A stretch of 64,000 bases of DNA from Octopus sinensis (Eukaryota), in assembly GCF_006345805.1 (NCBI RefSeq), contig NC_042999.1, positions 141,174,001 to 141,238,000 on the forward strand, written 5' to 3'. Below the pieces are notes generated by a model that did not search any database, had not been told where the DNA came from, and saw only the letters and a program-made list of their open reading frames with translations. The translations under genes were made by a program, and so were the position numbers. Position 1 is the first letter of the stretch. Every line of letters begins with the position of its first letter. Below, in pieces: positions 39,151 through 51,360 of this stretch.

Positions 39151-40109
39151 GTATTTCATACGTTTTCTTTTTTATACATTCAACTATATACGTTCAGATA
39201 CAGCTGTGCCTGTATTTTCTGAATTTACTCAATTTTTTATATTTTCAGTGCTGTTTAAAAGTATTTATTTCTGTTCTAATATATTTTGGTGACAGAAATA
39301 ACTTTAAACAGTTGAAACTTATAGTTTGTTCCAGTGTGTAAATGACTTGGCATTACATTTTAAAACTATATGGCGATGTCAACTCCAAGCATTGATATGT
39401 AGTCCAATACCAAATTTAGTGCTCAATCTTTTATATTCTTTCCAAGTGTATATAATTGTTATTCTCTTAAGTGAGTCAGTCAAAAAGAAAGAACAATCAA
39501 TTATGTGAAAACATGCTGGATCATTTCTAGTTTTCTTTTGGGTTTAGCATCATATTGGGGAATAGGACTGACATCAGTAACCCAGCTGGCTGAGACTGGA
39601 TGTTACACAAACACACTCACTCAGGCATGTGCACGTACATACATGCATGCACATGTGCGTGTGACCATGTCAGGTACAGCTAGAAAACTAAAACCTGTAT
39701 AAAAAATGCGTGTTTGTACACATATGCACACACATACCATACAACACAGAGTCTGTTGTTTTAGAGTGGGATTAGTAAAATGAAGATGATTGAAAAGTCA
39801 ATTTTTTTTATTATGTAATCACATGGCTTCAGAGTTATATCTATAGAGAACAGAGATAGTGCAACATTCTTCCATTTTCCAAATGTAATAATATGAAATG
39901 GAATACTTTCATCCAGAAAAGGAATAAGATGTCCAGGTTAATGAAATACATCATATAACTATACTTGTCATTCGTTGTCTTTGATGTTATGACAGAGACT
40001 ATATGATTTATTTCATTATACTTTCTAATGATGCAGTTTTTGCAAGGGGTGGGAACTATAGACATTTTTTTTAGTTTACTCTTTTTTATTGGTTTCTTCT
40101 GGGGGAAAT

Positions 40110-40680
40110 GGTTGTAGGCCCTCTGAGACTCATGATAGAGATATGTTTGATATTCCTCTTAAACTGTTGCAAGCTGAAGTTTGCAGAAAAAACATGTAGA
40201 AAGAAGGAATTCCAGAGAGTCTACTTTCTGAAGAGGAAGAACTAATTAATGCTGGACCTGGAAAGATACAATAATGGTAATGAGAGGAGAAGGAAGTCAG
40301 TGTGTCAGGATTGCTTGAGTTGATTGGCACAAGACTAGCTAGCTAGTAGAAACCACTGTAGTAATGGTACAAAATGCAGAGAGAGAGAGAGAGAGAGAGA
40401 GATGGAACGGATAACATGTCCGTAGGACAGAATTTGAAGTATGTTTGCTTAGCAAATTCATGCCAGTGCATCTGGTGGCCTATCTCTGAATGCAGTCTCA
40501 GATATCTGTGTATAAAAGCAGCAGCAGCACCATGCCAGATGTGGAAACAGTATTCTATTGAGCTTTGAGCTTTATAGAAAGTTAGTAGCTGGTGGAGGAT
40601 GAAGTATATTTTTACTCTGAAGAGAATCAAGTTGTGAGGAAGCCAGCTTTCTGGCTTGTGGATCAATTGTCAGGATCAGA
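40110..40680 (-). mobile_element. Decayed CR1/L2/Jockey-type LINE 3' end
   Basis: LILFRVKIYF...QLLTFYKAQ..SIEYCFHIWHGA resembles the post-RT motif LYKAQIRPxxEYCSHIW; terminal NFSLQQFKRNIKHI. Confidence 0.6.
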
Positions 40681-41174
40681 TTTGTTGTTAGCTGATCCTA
40701 GTTAAAAAATTATATAGCATGAAAATAAATTAGATTATTGAAAATATAACAGTGTAGTTTACAACTGTAGGTAAACACTGGAGCATGCACAGTGTAATTG
40801 ATAAATTTCAGTGTTTTGTTAGGTTGCATTCTAAACTCAAATTTTTTTCTTGAATCTTATGCTATTTTATTCTTCCTAGAATCACTTCTTGACAGAAAGT
40901 TTTCTATGTTTCCTTATTTGAATTGGTACACAAAAGTTGCATGAATCAGTACTTCCAATGTGCTGGCTATACAGAGAAATTTACCAACAGATATATCCAT
41001 GAAGTAAGATAAATGAATTGTTTAGATGATTCATTAAATGTAGTTCACATTTTCAATTATATAGGTTATCCAATTAGTACTGGAAAAGTTGTACTTAAAG
41101 AATATTGGTAAGATTAAGAAAGGAGTGGAAGAAATTCAGCTTCTTGCAACTTTCTTTGGCAACAGGGTTTCCTT

Positions 41175-41244
<70 letters not shown>

Positions 41245-41658
41245 AAAAGTGAAGTGTATGAAACATATTAAGGAGTGTCATGCTACATTATTATGAGACA
41301 TATGCAATGAATATGGATGAGTTGCAACAGTTGAAGAGAATTTAGACAAGCATAACTTATTTACTATTAAATATATATATATAGCTTAGACATACAATAG
41401 GTCACACTTGCTTGAATCTTCTATCTATCATTGAAGCATGTGGCTTAGTGGTTAGAGTGTTGCAATCATAAGATTGTGGTTTCAGTTCCTAGACTGATCT
41501 TGTTCCAATAAATTCAGCAGGCAAAAATGAGTAATCTTGCAACTGACAGGCATCCCATTCAGTAAGGGAGTATATATGCCACAGAATCTGGAAAACCTGC
41601 ACTTTGAGCCAATGGCTCAAGAAGGACCTTTGATCCTTTTTTTAATTATCTATCTGTG

Positions 41659-41689
<31 letters not shown>

Positions 41690-43573
41690 TGTGTGTGTGT
41701 GTGTGTGTGTTCAAACATAAGAAAAAAGCACACAATGTGCTTAGAGTTTATGTTTTATTTCTATAACAGTTTCACTCAAAATTGCATAACTTAAAGTTTC
41801 ACTGAAATGCGGAAAACACTCTTGGTCATTTGGATGCTTACTTCTAAATAACAAGGATTTCACAACTTTAAAGTTGGTTGTCATCGGATGATGGGTAAAG
41901 CTTATTCTTATTAGATGTTTCAGACCACATAGTGTGATTGGTAGCTGCCAGCTGAGGCTACCTGCTAGCACATAGAGGTTGCTAATGACTACTGCTTGGT
42001 AGTTCTACTACTGATTGGTGATAAAGTCAGTAGCTAGTAGCTGATGCTGTGTGAGGCAACTTTAGCATGGTTTGCATAAGTAGTCTCACTTGTTCTGGTA
42101 AGAGATTCTTGTATTAAGAGTAAAGATTATGAGTAAGAGTATTAAGAGAAAGGATTATGAAAGTAAGGTTTATGGAAGATGTTAACTGCTAATGATTTAC
42201 AATTAGTCCAGTTGTTGGTAGTAGGAAGACTATTCAAATCTTATGTATAGAAAAGCAGTGAGCTATTAGTATGTGAAGTGAAAATTTACGGGACAATATT
42301 AACAGCTAATAACTTAAAGTTTTCCACTAAAGAATCGCACTTGTGAAAGCAGAATGACAGCTCTGATTTCTTGTTAGGGGATTCAGCTGCCTATGGCAAT
42401 GTATGTAATTTTTCAGTGAAACAGAGGTGACAGCTGTGCACTTAGGCAACTAGGAAAGTGCTTTGTTGAGAATACACCAGGTTATATGGGCAGAACAATT
42501 CCCTATTTCCTGGAATTTCCATAAAACAAGGCAGTGAAATGGAGATTTTCTTTCTCTGGATCTGAGTGTGTGGGCTTGGTAAACTGTCCTTTAAAGTAGT
42601 TTGCTTTAATATCTTGGAATACCATCAGGGGAGTAAGAGTTGCCCTATAGCCTACTGCCTTGGGGAGGCAGAATCCTCTTAGTGTCAAATGAGTTGGTTT
42701 TGACAGTTGCATATGGGTGTTTGAGGTGAAAATTGTGTAAGTGTATATTTTTTCTCTTATAGCATGTGAAGGAATGTAGCATTGTCTAGGCAAGAATAAC
42801 TCACTTTAACATTATGCTCATTGAAAGTTTACAATATTTAAGTATACTTGGGAAGTGTTACCCAATTAAGGATTGGAAGTTCCTAGTCATGTTACTGAAG
42901 ATACTGTATTGAAATGGTGGATGGAACCAGGTCATTTATTTTCTCTTCCCAACTCCCTTTGATGATAAGGATAGAGGACCTTCCCTATATGCCGAGTTCT
43001 TATTAGAACTGCTTTTTGATAGTTTTTTATTATAATAGGGTATAACTAATGAATATATCTCTAGCTGAGACCACCGCTGTTGCTTGCAAATGATTCCCAC
43101 CATATTCTGCCTGTGATTCTTAAGTATGTGTTGAGAAATAAGCTTAATGTCTACCTCAAAATTTCATGTCTCTGGAGACATGTTATGAAATTAAGCCTGT
43201 CAATGAACAGGAAAGTAATCTTTCAGAAAGTAAAATAGAACAGCTAGTGTATATGCCAATTTATTGCTTCAGAGAAGCAATAGTCAAATCCCAGCTGATG
43301 ATGACAGCAAACAAATTCTTGGTACAAAATTCAAGCTCAAGATTAAAATGAGCAGGTGGCAAAAGTTTACTCAGATGTCCATCCCCAGTTCATTGAATGT
43401 AAATGCATTCCAGAAAGAGATATACTCCTGCCAATAAATGTAACAGTAAATGAGGTGAATTTTAAATCATTGAATCTTCTTCCAGCAGACACTCTATTAC
43501 ATATAAATCTTACAATCTTGTGGTAAAATTCTCTGAATAAATGAATTACATCATAAACTTTTTAAATCACACA

Positions 43574-43606
<33 letters not shown>

Positions 43607-44683
43607 TATATATATAAACAGGTGTTAAGTTAAAAAAACTATGCATTCTCACCTTAATCTTCTGTATTTTTTATACTCCTTGTGAAAGTAAATTTATTTG
43701 TCAAAAACACACACATATATTCACATCCCCACATGTGAGTTCTTCCAGTTTCTGTCTACCAAATCCATTCATGAGGTTTTGATTGGTGTGGAGGTATAGT
43801 ACAAGACATTTGTACACAGTGTCACACAGTGAGACTGAACCCAAAACCACATGATTGTGAACCCAGCTTTTCAACAAAAGACTTACACCTGCCCCTTATT
43901 TATGTGTGTATGTGTATGCATGCACGTAAAATCACTGTATTGATATTTTAATTAGTAATACCTGGCTGTTGACCTTGTACCATTATGTAATTTAAGTTGT
44001 ATATCTCAATATCTTATTTTCTACAAGCAGCTTTAATCTTCTTAAATTCCATAGCTTGGAAGGCAGAGGTTGGCCACCCTTGATAATTATTTAATGAAAG
44101 ATGTAGCAAGTCTGTTTGATCCTGGTTGTTTAAACAAAGACTCTACTTTCACAATGAGACTATATACATGTTTAAACATATGGATATGACTTCATATACA
44201 TATTTATTCAATATATCTTGTAGGATTTATTCATTCATTCCAAGCACATACCTCACCTTCTCCTCACCCTATGAATATCGTCTCTGGAGTGCCTATAATG
44301 AAGTTATTATAATAATATTCCCTCTACATCTTTTGGTGAATAAAGTTCAGAAAGAGATCACCCTTTATGGTCAGAAAGCTGTGTCTTTGTGACATTGTGT
44401 GATGCTTTACATGAAGCAGTGTAAAATTAGCCAAGATGAAATTTGTCTTGTTCTTTACCTCCTTTCTTGCTTTGAATATGATAGCTGCTTACCTTATGTT
44501 CTTCTCCACCTAATTATATTGTTATTGTTATATTTGTTTCTGCTCTTCTTTCCTCCCACCCCCACCCCAACCTCTTCACAATAGTCCTACATACATTGCT
44601 GCTGCTGCTGCTGCTGATATTACTACTACTACTACTGTCACCACCATCACCACTACCACAAGCCCCCACAATATTTCTGCTCA

Positions 44684-44714
<31 letters not shown>

Positions 44715-45849
44715 CTGTGCTCAATACTCTCTATTCCCCATGCAACTACCACTGCCACCAAACAACAGAGGTTAGCAATGCTATTCTATTTTGGTTCTAG
44801 GTATTCTAAATGGCTCATTACTATTTTTCACTCTAATTTCTCAGAAGCATCTTAACACTTTGTCTATTTCTACATCACCTAGATACTCTCTCTCTCTCTC
44901 TCATTCTCACTTACTACTCATATAATTTCTTCTTGACTAGGCACAAGGCCAACTTCTGCATATGAGGTGTGCTGTCAATTGAATTTAACCTAGCTTGTTA
45001 CTGGTGCTTATATTATAGATCCCCAAAATGATGAAATACATATTCAACTCTGGTAGGATTTTAACTGTGTACAATAAGAAATCAAGCTTGAGGCCCTATA
45101 AAATCTTTGGTTCAGGGCTTATAAAGGAACATTTATGTGATCATTCAACCTGTTAGAAATAATAGCCAAATCTTCCTCAAATCATGTGTAACCATCATCA
45201 AAATAGGAAAGACATTGAACGAGTAGTCTAGGGGTATACACTATGTTGAAAAAAAAAATTACATGATGGTCATGGATGGAAAGCCATTGATCATAGTTTT
45301 GCTCAGTCAAGGTTAACCTAGCATAATCCACAACAATCATAAATCTATTTGATTTTATTAGAGTGTAATATGTGTAAATGACATTATCATTATTTCTTAG
45401 ATATGTATAAAGTCATTAATTTGTAAGGCAAAGGTTAACTTAGCAGAATTTGAACTTAAAATTTAGAGGCATGAAACTAATGAGTATAATGTATTTGATC
45501 TAACCCTAACCCTGATTTCGTGTGATCACATGAGTGACCAGACTTTCAGATGTTATTACACATCGCTGGTCACAGTGCAATTTGCATTGTTTTAGCCTTT
45601 GAATGATACCACCCTACCGTTTTGGAAAGCTTTTCAACATTCCCTCCTGATTAAAAGGGAGACTGGAACAATGTGAAATGAAGTGTTTTGTTCAAGAACA
45701 CAATGCACCAGCCAGTCTGGGAATTGAAACCATAATCTAGCAATCATGAGTGCAACAGCCTGACCACTAGGTGATGCACCTTCATTGAGTTAATTTTACT
45801 AAATCATTCAGAGTAAGAACAAAATAATAGCATTAACAGGCTATTATAT

Positions 45850-46865
45850 GATATCCTAATTGTCTCTAATATGATATCCTGCTGCTTTCCTGAACTGGGG
45901 ACAAATTAAGACACACTGACTGTGAAACCAGAAAGACAATAACCATGTATAGGTCATTACATCCAAGAGAGAGTGTTGATATGTTATATCTAGCATGAAA
46001 GAAGGGAGAGGCTGGATATAGGTGGCAGAACATGAAGAGTATGTGAAAAATGGCACAGAAAATATGATTTCAGCTGCTAGAGGAGAAGAGAAAGAAGCTG
46101 TGAAAATCACAAAAGAAAACAAGAGCAAAAAGAAACATCTTGGGAAAAGGCTATAGGATCAGCAAATGCAGGATGTTGCAACAAACAAATCTTGGTTATG
46201 GTTGAAGAATGGCAAACTCAAAATAGAAACAGAAGCTCTCATTATGGTTGTTCAAACTAACGTTTTTAAGGCAAGAATAGACAGAAGCATGGAAAGTGAT
46301 AAGTGCAGAATGCGTAACAAGAAAGAGTCCTTTGTGCACATAAGATCTTGTAGTCCTTTGGCACCAAAAGAATATGAATGCAGACATGATTGTGTAGCCA
46401 AAGCATTACACTGGAACATATTACCACTACTTGGGTTTGAAGTAAGCAGAAAATGGCACCAACACCAATTGGAGAGTGTGACAGAGAATGATTTGTTTAA
46501 AGTCTTATAGGACTTTACTGTACAGACTGACCATAAATTTCGGGAAAGACAATCAGATATTATCATTCTGGGTAAAAGGTCAAAAGAGTGCATCAATCAA
46601 AGATGTGGCTATGTCTTCTGACATGAATTTAGTGGTCAAAGAACAAGAGAAAATAGAAAACTTGCAGGACTTGACTATGGAAATGCAAAGACAGGAGAGT
46701 TTCTGCAAAAATAATAGTTATAGGCACCCTAGGTACCATTACCAACAGATTTGGTAGTTACCTTATTGGGATCAGTGTAACTATGAGAATTGCATTAATA
46801 CAAAAAATTGCTGTATTAAGAACAGTGAGGATTGTTCAAAAGGTTCTCAGTATCTAAGAGTTAAT
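45850..46865 (+). mobile_element. Decayed R4/Dong-clade (RLE-type) non-LTR retrotransposon, 3' part
   Basis: YPAAFLNW, ETRKTITMYRSLHPRESVDMLYL, zinc-knuckle remnant KCRM...HI..CSPLAPKEY..RHD.VAKALHW, RLE-like DFTVQTD...DIIIL...DVAM...KEQEKI. Multiple frameshifts. Confidence 0.75.
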
Positions 46866-49739
46866 CAAAGAACATCAAAGAATAATGAACAAGGGCAGAT
46901 TTCCATTCCCAGTTGTATTCCTTGACCCACTGGACATACTGAGGGTAGATCCCTTTAGTCAAACCATTCTTACCACTTTCACCCACCTTTCAGCAAATTC
47001 ACTACAAAGCAGCACCTCCTGAACCCTCACCTTCTCTCCCAGTTGATGAGGGATTGGTTGAAGAGAAAAGAATTCGTCTTCAGTCCTCTCAATATTGTCC
47101 ACTATACAACCTCTTTTGTTGTAACCATTGGACAAAAGAAAACTACCTGCTCTTCCTAGCCTAAGGAAGATGACAGGAAGATTTTCATGATGGTCTTGAC
47201 TGGTAACTGGATCCATCCTATATGTGATGACAGCTGATTTGATATTACTCCATGTTAGCAACGCTTAGACACTGAACAAGTGTATGCAAAAGTTTTGTGA
47301 ACATAATTGGCTGATGCATTACTGTATTTATAGAGTTTATTCCAAAACAGTAATGACACCCCTCTCTTCTCTCCTTTTGTAACATTTTCACACCTGGGAT
47401 TTCTGAAAGTTGCCTACTGTCCTCATGCTGAAAGTCCTCTGGAATAGGATTTTCAACTGGTATTCTTTGATACACAGAATCTTCCTGAAAATCTTGTTAC
47501 TCTTGTCCCTAACTAATACTCTAAAAAATTCGAAGTTTAGTGTACTACTAGTAGAAAACTGCAAGTATGTGGTGATATTCCAGATGTCAGATGCTCAATC
47601 TGGTCCTTCATTTGATCTAGGGCTGCAGTTCCATTAGAAAGACAACTTGGGAAAATGTACTCCATGAACTGCTCATGTAAAAGACACTCGTAAATACTGT
47701 GGCCAAATACCAGGAAACCCCAAGGCATCAAAACTACAATACATTGTTCTCATGGGTACTGCCTACACCTTAAGAAAAACATATCAGCTTGAAAATACCT
47801 AATTATCTTAAAACTCTTTAAAAACTGAAATATTACAATTTAACTGGATCTTAGTTCTCAGATTTTGGTTTCCTTCCTTTACAATATATCATTGCTAAAT
47901 TGAATAATTGTCATAAAACAACCAACTTGCTGTTACCTGAGGTCTCTGGGTGAGACTTGGAACAGCTTATATAAAGCAAAGCAATGACATAAATAAGTAA
48001 TAATAATAATAATTATAAACATAAGTAGTAGTAGTAGTAGTAGTAGAAGAAGAAATGGTGTCTAAAACTGACTTATTGCCACAAATTTTGGCTGTAGAGT
48101 TAAATCATTTAAACCTACATCAGTATACGATAGGTACACCACAACATTATCTAGCATTGCTGTTTCTTGTTGACAACAATACTAATAAAGCAAAATGTGT
48201 GAGGCTCCCTATATTTATTTGAAAACATAAACTATTATGAAATGGTAGTAAATACAGGTAGTAGGACTTGAAGCGGTAAGTGATGCATTAGCTAAAGTCA
48301 ATTCAGAAAATAAAGTTCAGGTATTTAAGTCTGCTACTCTGACCTATCTTTCAAGAGAGGCTGGTGTTATACTTAGTTGCTAAGCTACAGTGAGTAGGTA
48401 TTGTTTAGTACTTTTATAGTAAGTTGGTAAGTTAAGAGTATAAAATTAAATGTACAGTATACCACCAAATGTTAAAAGTATGAATAATATAATATATTAT
48501 ATAATGTAAACTATACTATAGTCTAGTGTGGCATTCTATGTTATATATAGTAAACTATACTATAGTTTAGTGTGGTATTCTATGTTATATATAGTATGTA
48601 TTGTTTGTATGTCAAAGTACTGTGTTGTATATTATAATTTGGTATTGTGTGTAAAATTATAAATTGTAGCAAACTGGCATCTTATAGTGTGGTCTATTAT
48701 CTATTGTCTGTAAATGTAAGTTGGTATATTATCATAAAGTATAGTACAGTGTAGTGTATGTTATAGTGAGTTGGAGAAGGATATCTAATAAAGCTAATAT
48801 ACCAACCAGGTGGAAAGGGACTACTCCGTTATGTTCGATGGAGGTGAGGAGGTAGTTATTTTGTTTGCTTGTTTTTATTTTTAATCTTTGTAGTCTTCCC
48901 TACATATTGAAGTCTATTTCTTTATTTAGCCTCCTTCTCCTCTAAAATGTAATATCACTTGCTTCTCACCAAACTGAGCTACACTGGAATGTTGTTTCAT
49001 CTATTCTTTTAACTGCTGTCAGAGCAACCTCGTACACGGCTTTGCTTCTACATCATTGTCATCATCATCATCATCATCATCATCTCCATCATTATCATCA
49101 TCATCATCAACATCATCATCATCATCATCATCATCATCATAGTCTTCTTCATCATCAACATCAGCATGATCACCATAAGCAACAATTCTTCTTCATCATC
49201 CAAGCAATTGTTTTTACTTGATGATGATGATGATGATAGTACCTCATTTAAACAGCAGCTGCCATAAGCCCACGTATTTTAAAACCAACTTTCCTCTAAC
49301 AATGTACCAGGATTTTTGGTTCATTTAGCAACTTTTTTTCATTTTCTTTTTACATTGCTTATATGCACACGTTTACGTAGAAACTGACTTGTATATTTTT
49401 GTGCATGTAATATAACTACAGACAACGATGTATGCGCATGTCTGTGTGTGTGCGTCTATGTGAATGCGTGGGAGGGTATGCATGCATACAAAATCACATT
49501 TAACCTTGTTAACCTTATATGCATCACTGCAGTTTTGACATCACACACATATACTTTTTCAGTATCTTTTAATAAACAGAAAGTTACAAATGTGACTAAA
49601 GGATCAAAAGTTTCATTCAGGGCAGTTGTAAAACTTTGAGTCACCTTTGTAACATTTTGCCAAGTAAAAAAACTGAAAAGTATATACACTCATGTATTAA
49701 ATTCTATTTCTCCCATTTGTTCTTCCAAATTCATATATA

Positions 49740-49841
49740 CATATATGTATGTATATATGTTTGTGTGTGTGTGTGTGTATGTATGTATCATATTATATAT
49801 CAATATATGAATGTGTATGTACATATGTGTGTGTATGTATG

Positions 49842-49903
<62 letters not shown>

Positions 49904-49945
49904 CATACATACATACACACACATATCTATCTATCTATCTATCTA

Positions 49946-49980
<35 letters not shown>

Positions 49981-50150
49981 TCATATTATATATCAATATA
50001 TGAATGCGTATGTACATATATGTGTGTATGTATATATATATATGTGTGTGTGCGTATATATATGTATATATATATATGTGTGTATATATATGTGTGTATA
50101 TATATATGTGTGTGTGTATATGTGTGTGTGTGTACGTATGTATGTATATA
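49740..50150. repeat. Compound (TA)n/(TG)n/(CTAT)n microsatellite with an internal ~55-bp duplication
   Basis: gtatcatattatatatcaatatatgaatg.gtatgtacat occurs at ~49783 and ~49978. Confidence 0.9.
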
Positions 50151-50153
50151 TGT

Positions 50154-50400
50154 GGAGGTGCATGGCTTAGTGGTTAGGGTGTTGGACTCATAATTGTAAG
50201 ATTATGGTTTCAATTCCTGGACTGGGTGATGTGTTGTGTTCTCAAGCAAAGCACTTCATTTCATGTTGCTTCAGTCCACTCAACTTCCAAAAGTGAGTCA
50301 TCCTTTAACAGACTGCTGTCTGTCCAGGAGGTGAATATATTTACCACAGAATCTAAGAAACCAGCTTTATGAACTTATGGCTTGTGAAGGATCTTTGCTC
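50154..50400 (+). mobile_element. tRNA-derived SINE with CORE-like segment (family B)
   Basis: A-box tggcttagtggttag, B-box-like ggtttcaattcc, then gtgttctcaagcaaagcacttcatttc. Similar copies at 10600-10740 (+), 41433-41640 (+) and 45520-45785 (-). Confidence 0.75.
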
Positions 50401-50760
50401 CTTTACTTGATCTATGTGTTAGTGTGTGTATGTTTGTGTCTCCTCGTTTTGACATTGCATGATACTTGTAAATGAGTGTCACTGTCATACAAGCAGTGTC
50501 ATTCATTTCCAACACTCAGCAAAAGCATGTCTAGCCTTGCTTGGAAAAAGATCAAAGTTGGCAACAGGAAGGGTATCTGGCCATAGAATATCTACCTCAA
50601 TATATTTTCTATAGCCAGAAAAGTGTTTGGTGTTAGAAAGAGCATCCAGTCATAGAAAACATGCCATGACTAGAATGTATGAGTGACAAGTGGTTTTCCA
50701 CCCCATCTACAAGGGTAGAACTAATTTGGGTGTGATAACCTCCCCAACTCATATTGCTGT

Positions 50761-50797
<37 letters not shown>

Positions 50798-50828
50798 AGG
50801 AAAGGGTTTAGGCCACTGGTTCCAAACT

Positions 50829-51244
50829 TGTAACGTGAAAGGATCTATCATCGAAGCACTGGCAGGGTGTCGAGATCCTTTCTAGTCACATACAAAAATT
50901 CTTGTAGAAAACAAACAGACGAAACTCAGGTTAAAGGTGAACAGACAACTTGGTTTATTGATTCATGGTTGTACGTTGTCTGATGGGGGAATAGACAGCC
51001 TCTGAGATACTGCTGGTGTTGGTCGTTGAGGTTGGTTGAAGTTGGTTGAAGCTGGTGTGTGGCTGTCAGAGCCAGGGAAACCGTGACCGATCGCAGTGCT
51101 GTCTGAGCCGAAGAGAGCGATTTGAGGTTCGCGGGCTCGAGAGATGTTTTCCCGCACATGCGCATGGGGAAGACTTCCGGTGGCACCCGGAAGTAGTCCC
51201 ATTCTGCGCATGCGCGCCGAACCCTACACAGTAGCATCACTACA
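50829..51244 (-). repeat. 3' LTR of Gypsy element (416 bp)
   Basis: TGTAACG...ACTACA. AATAAA on the minus strand at 50954-50959. Identical to the other LTR apart from four small indels. Confidence 0.96.
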
Positions 51245-51256
51245 GGGCTCCCCTCC
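51245..51256 (-). promoter_or_regulatory. Polypurine tract
   Basis: GGAGGGGAGCCC immediately precedes the 3' LTR on the minus strand. Confidence 0.75.
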
Positions 51257-51360
51257 GAGTGCGAAGTACGGCAACCAGAATATTGTGGTGGTGCTGCAGA
51301 AAACAGAAGGCTTGCCGACCCCAGAAGACTTGGTACATACTATTATACAATAAAAACATT

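Noticed and set aside
41770-43480. Non-repetitive stretch that might be an old LTR element
   Set aside because: No paired LTRs or diagnostic protein motifs found.
45499-45512. (CCCTAA)-like telomeric motif
   Set aside because: Only two units; expected by chance.
48506-48593. 44-bp tandem duplication (also 27-bp at ~26955 and ~20-bp at ~38295)
   Set aside because: Two-unit local duplications without spacers; not CRISPR-like and common in such DNA.
48809-48842. Short CpG-containing segment between ccag| and |gtgagg as a DCP1 exon candidate
   Set aside because: Translation (GGKGLLRYVRW or VERDYSVMFDG) does not match the expected IYxIWFYD exon; acceptor is weak.
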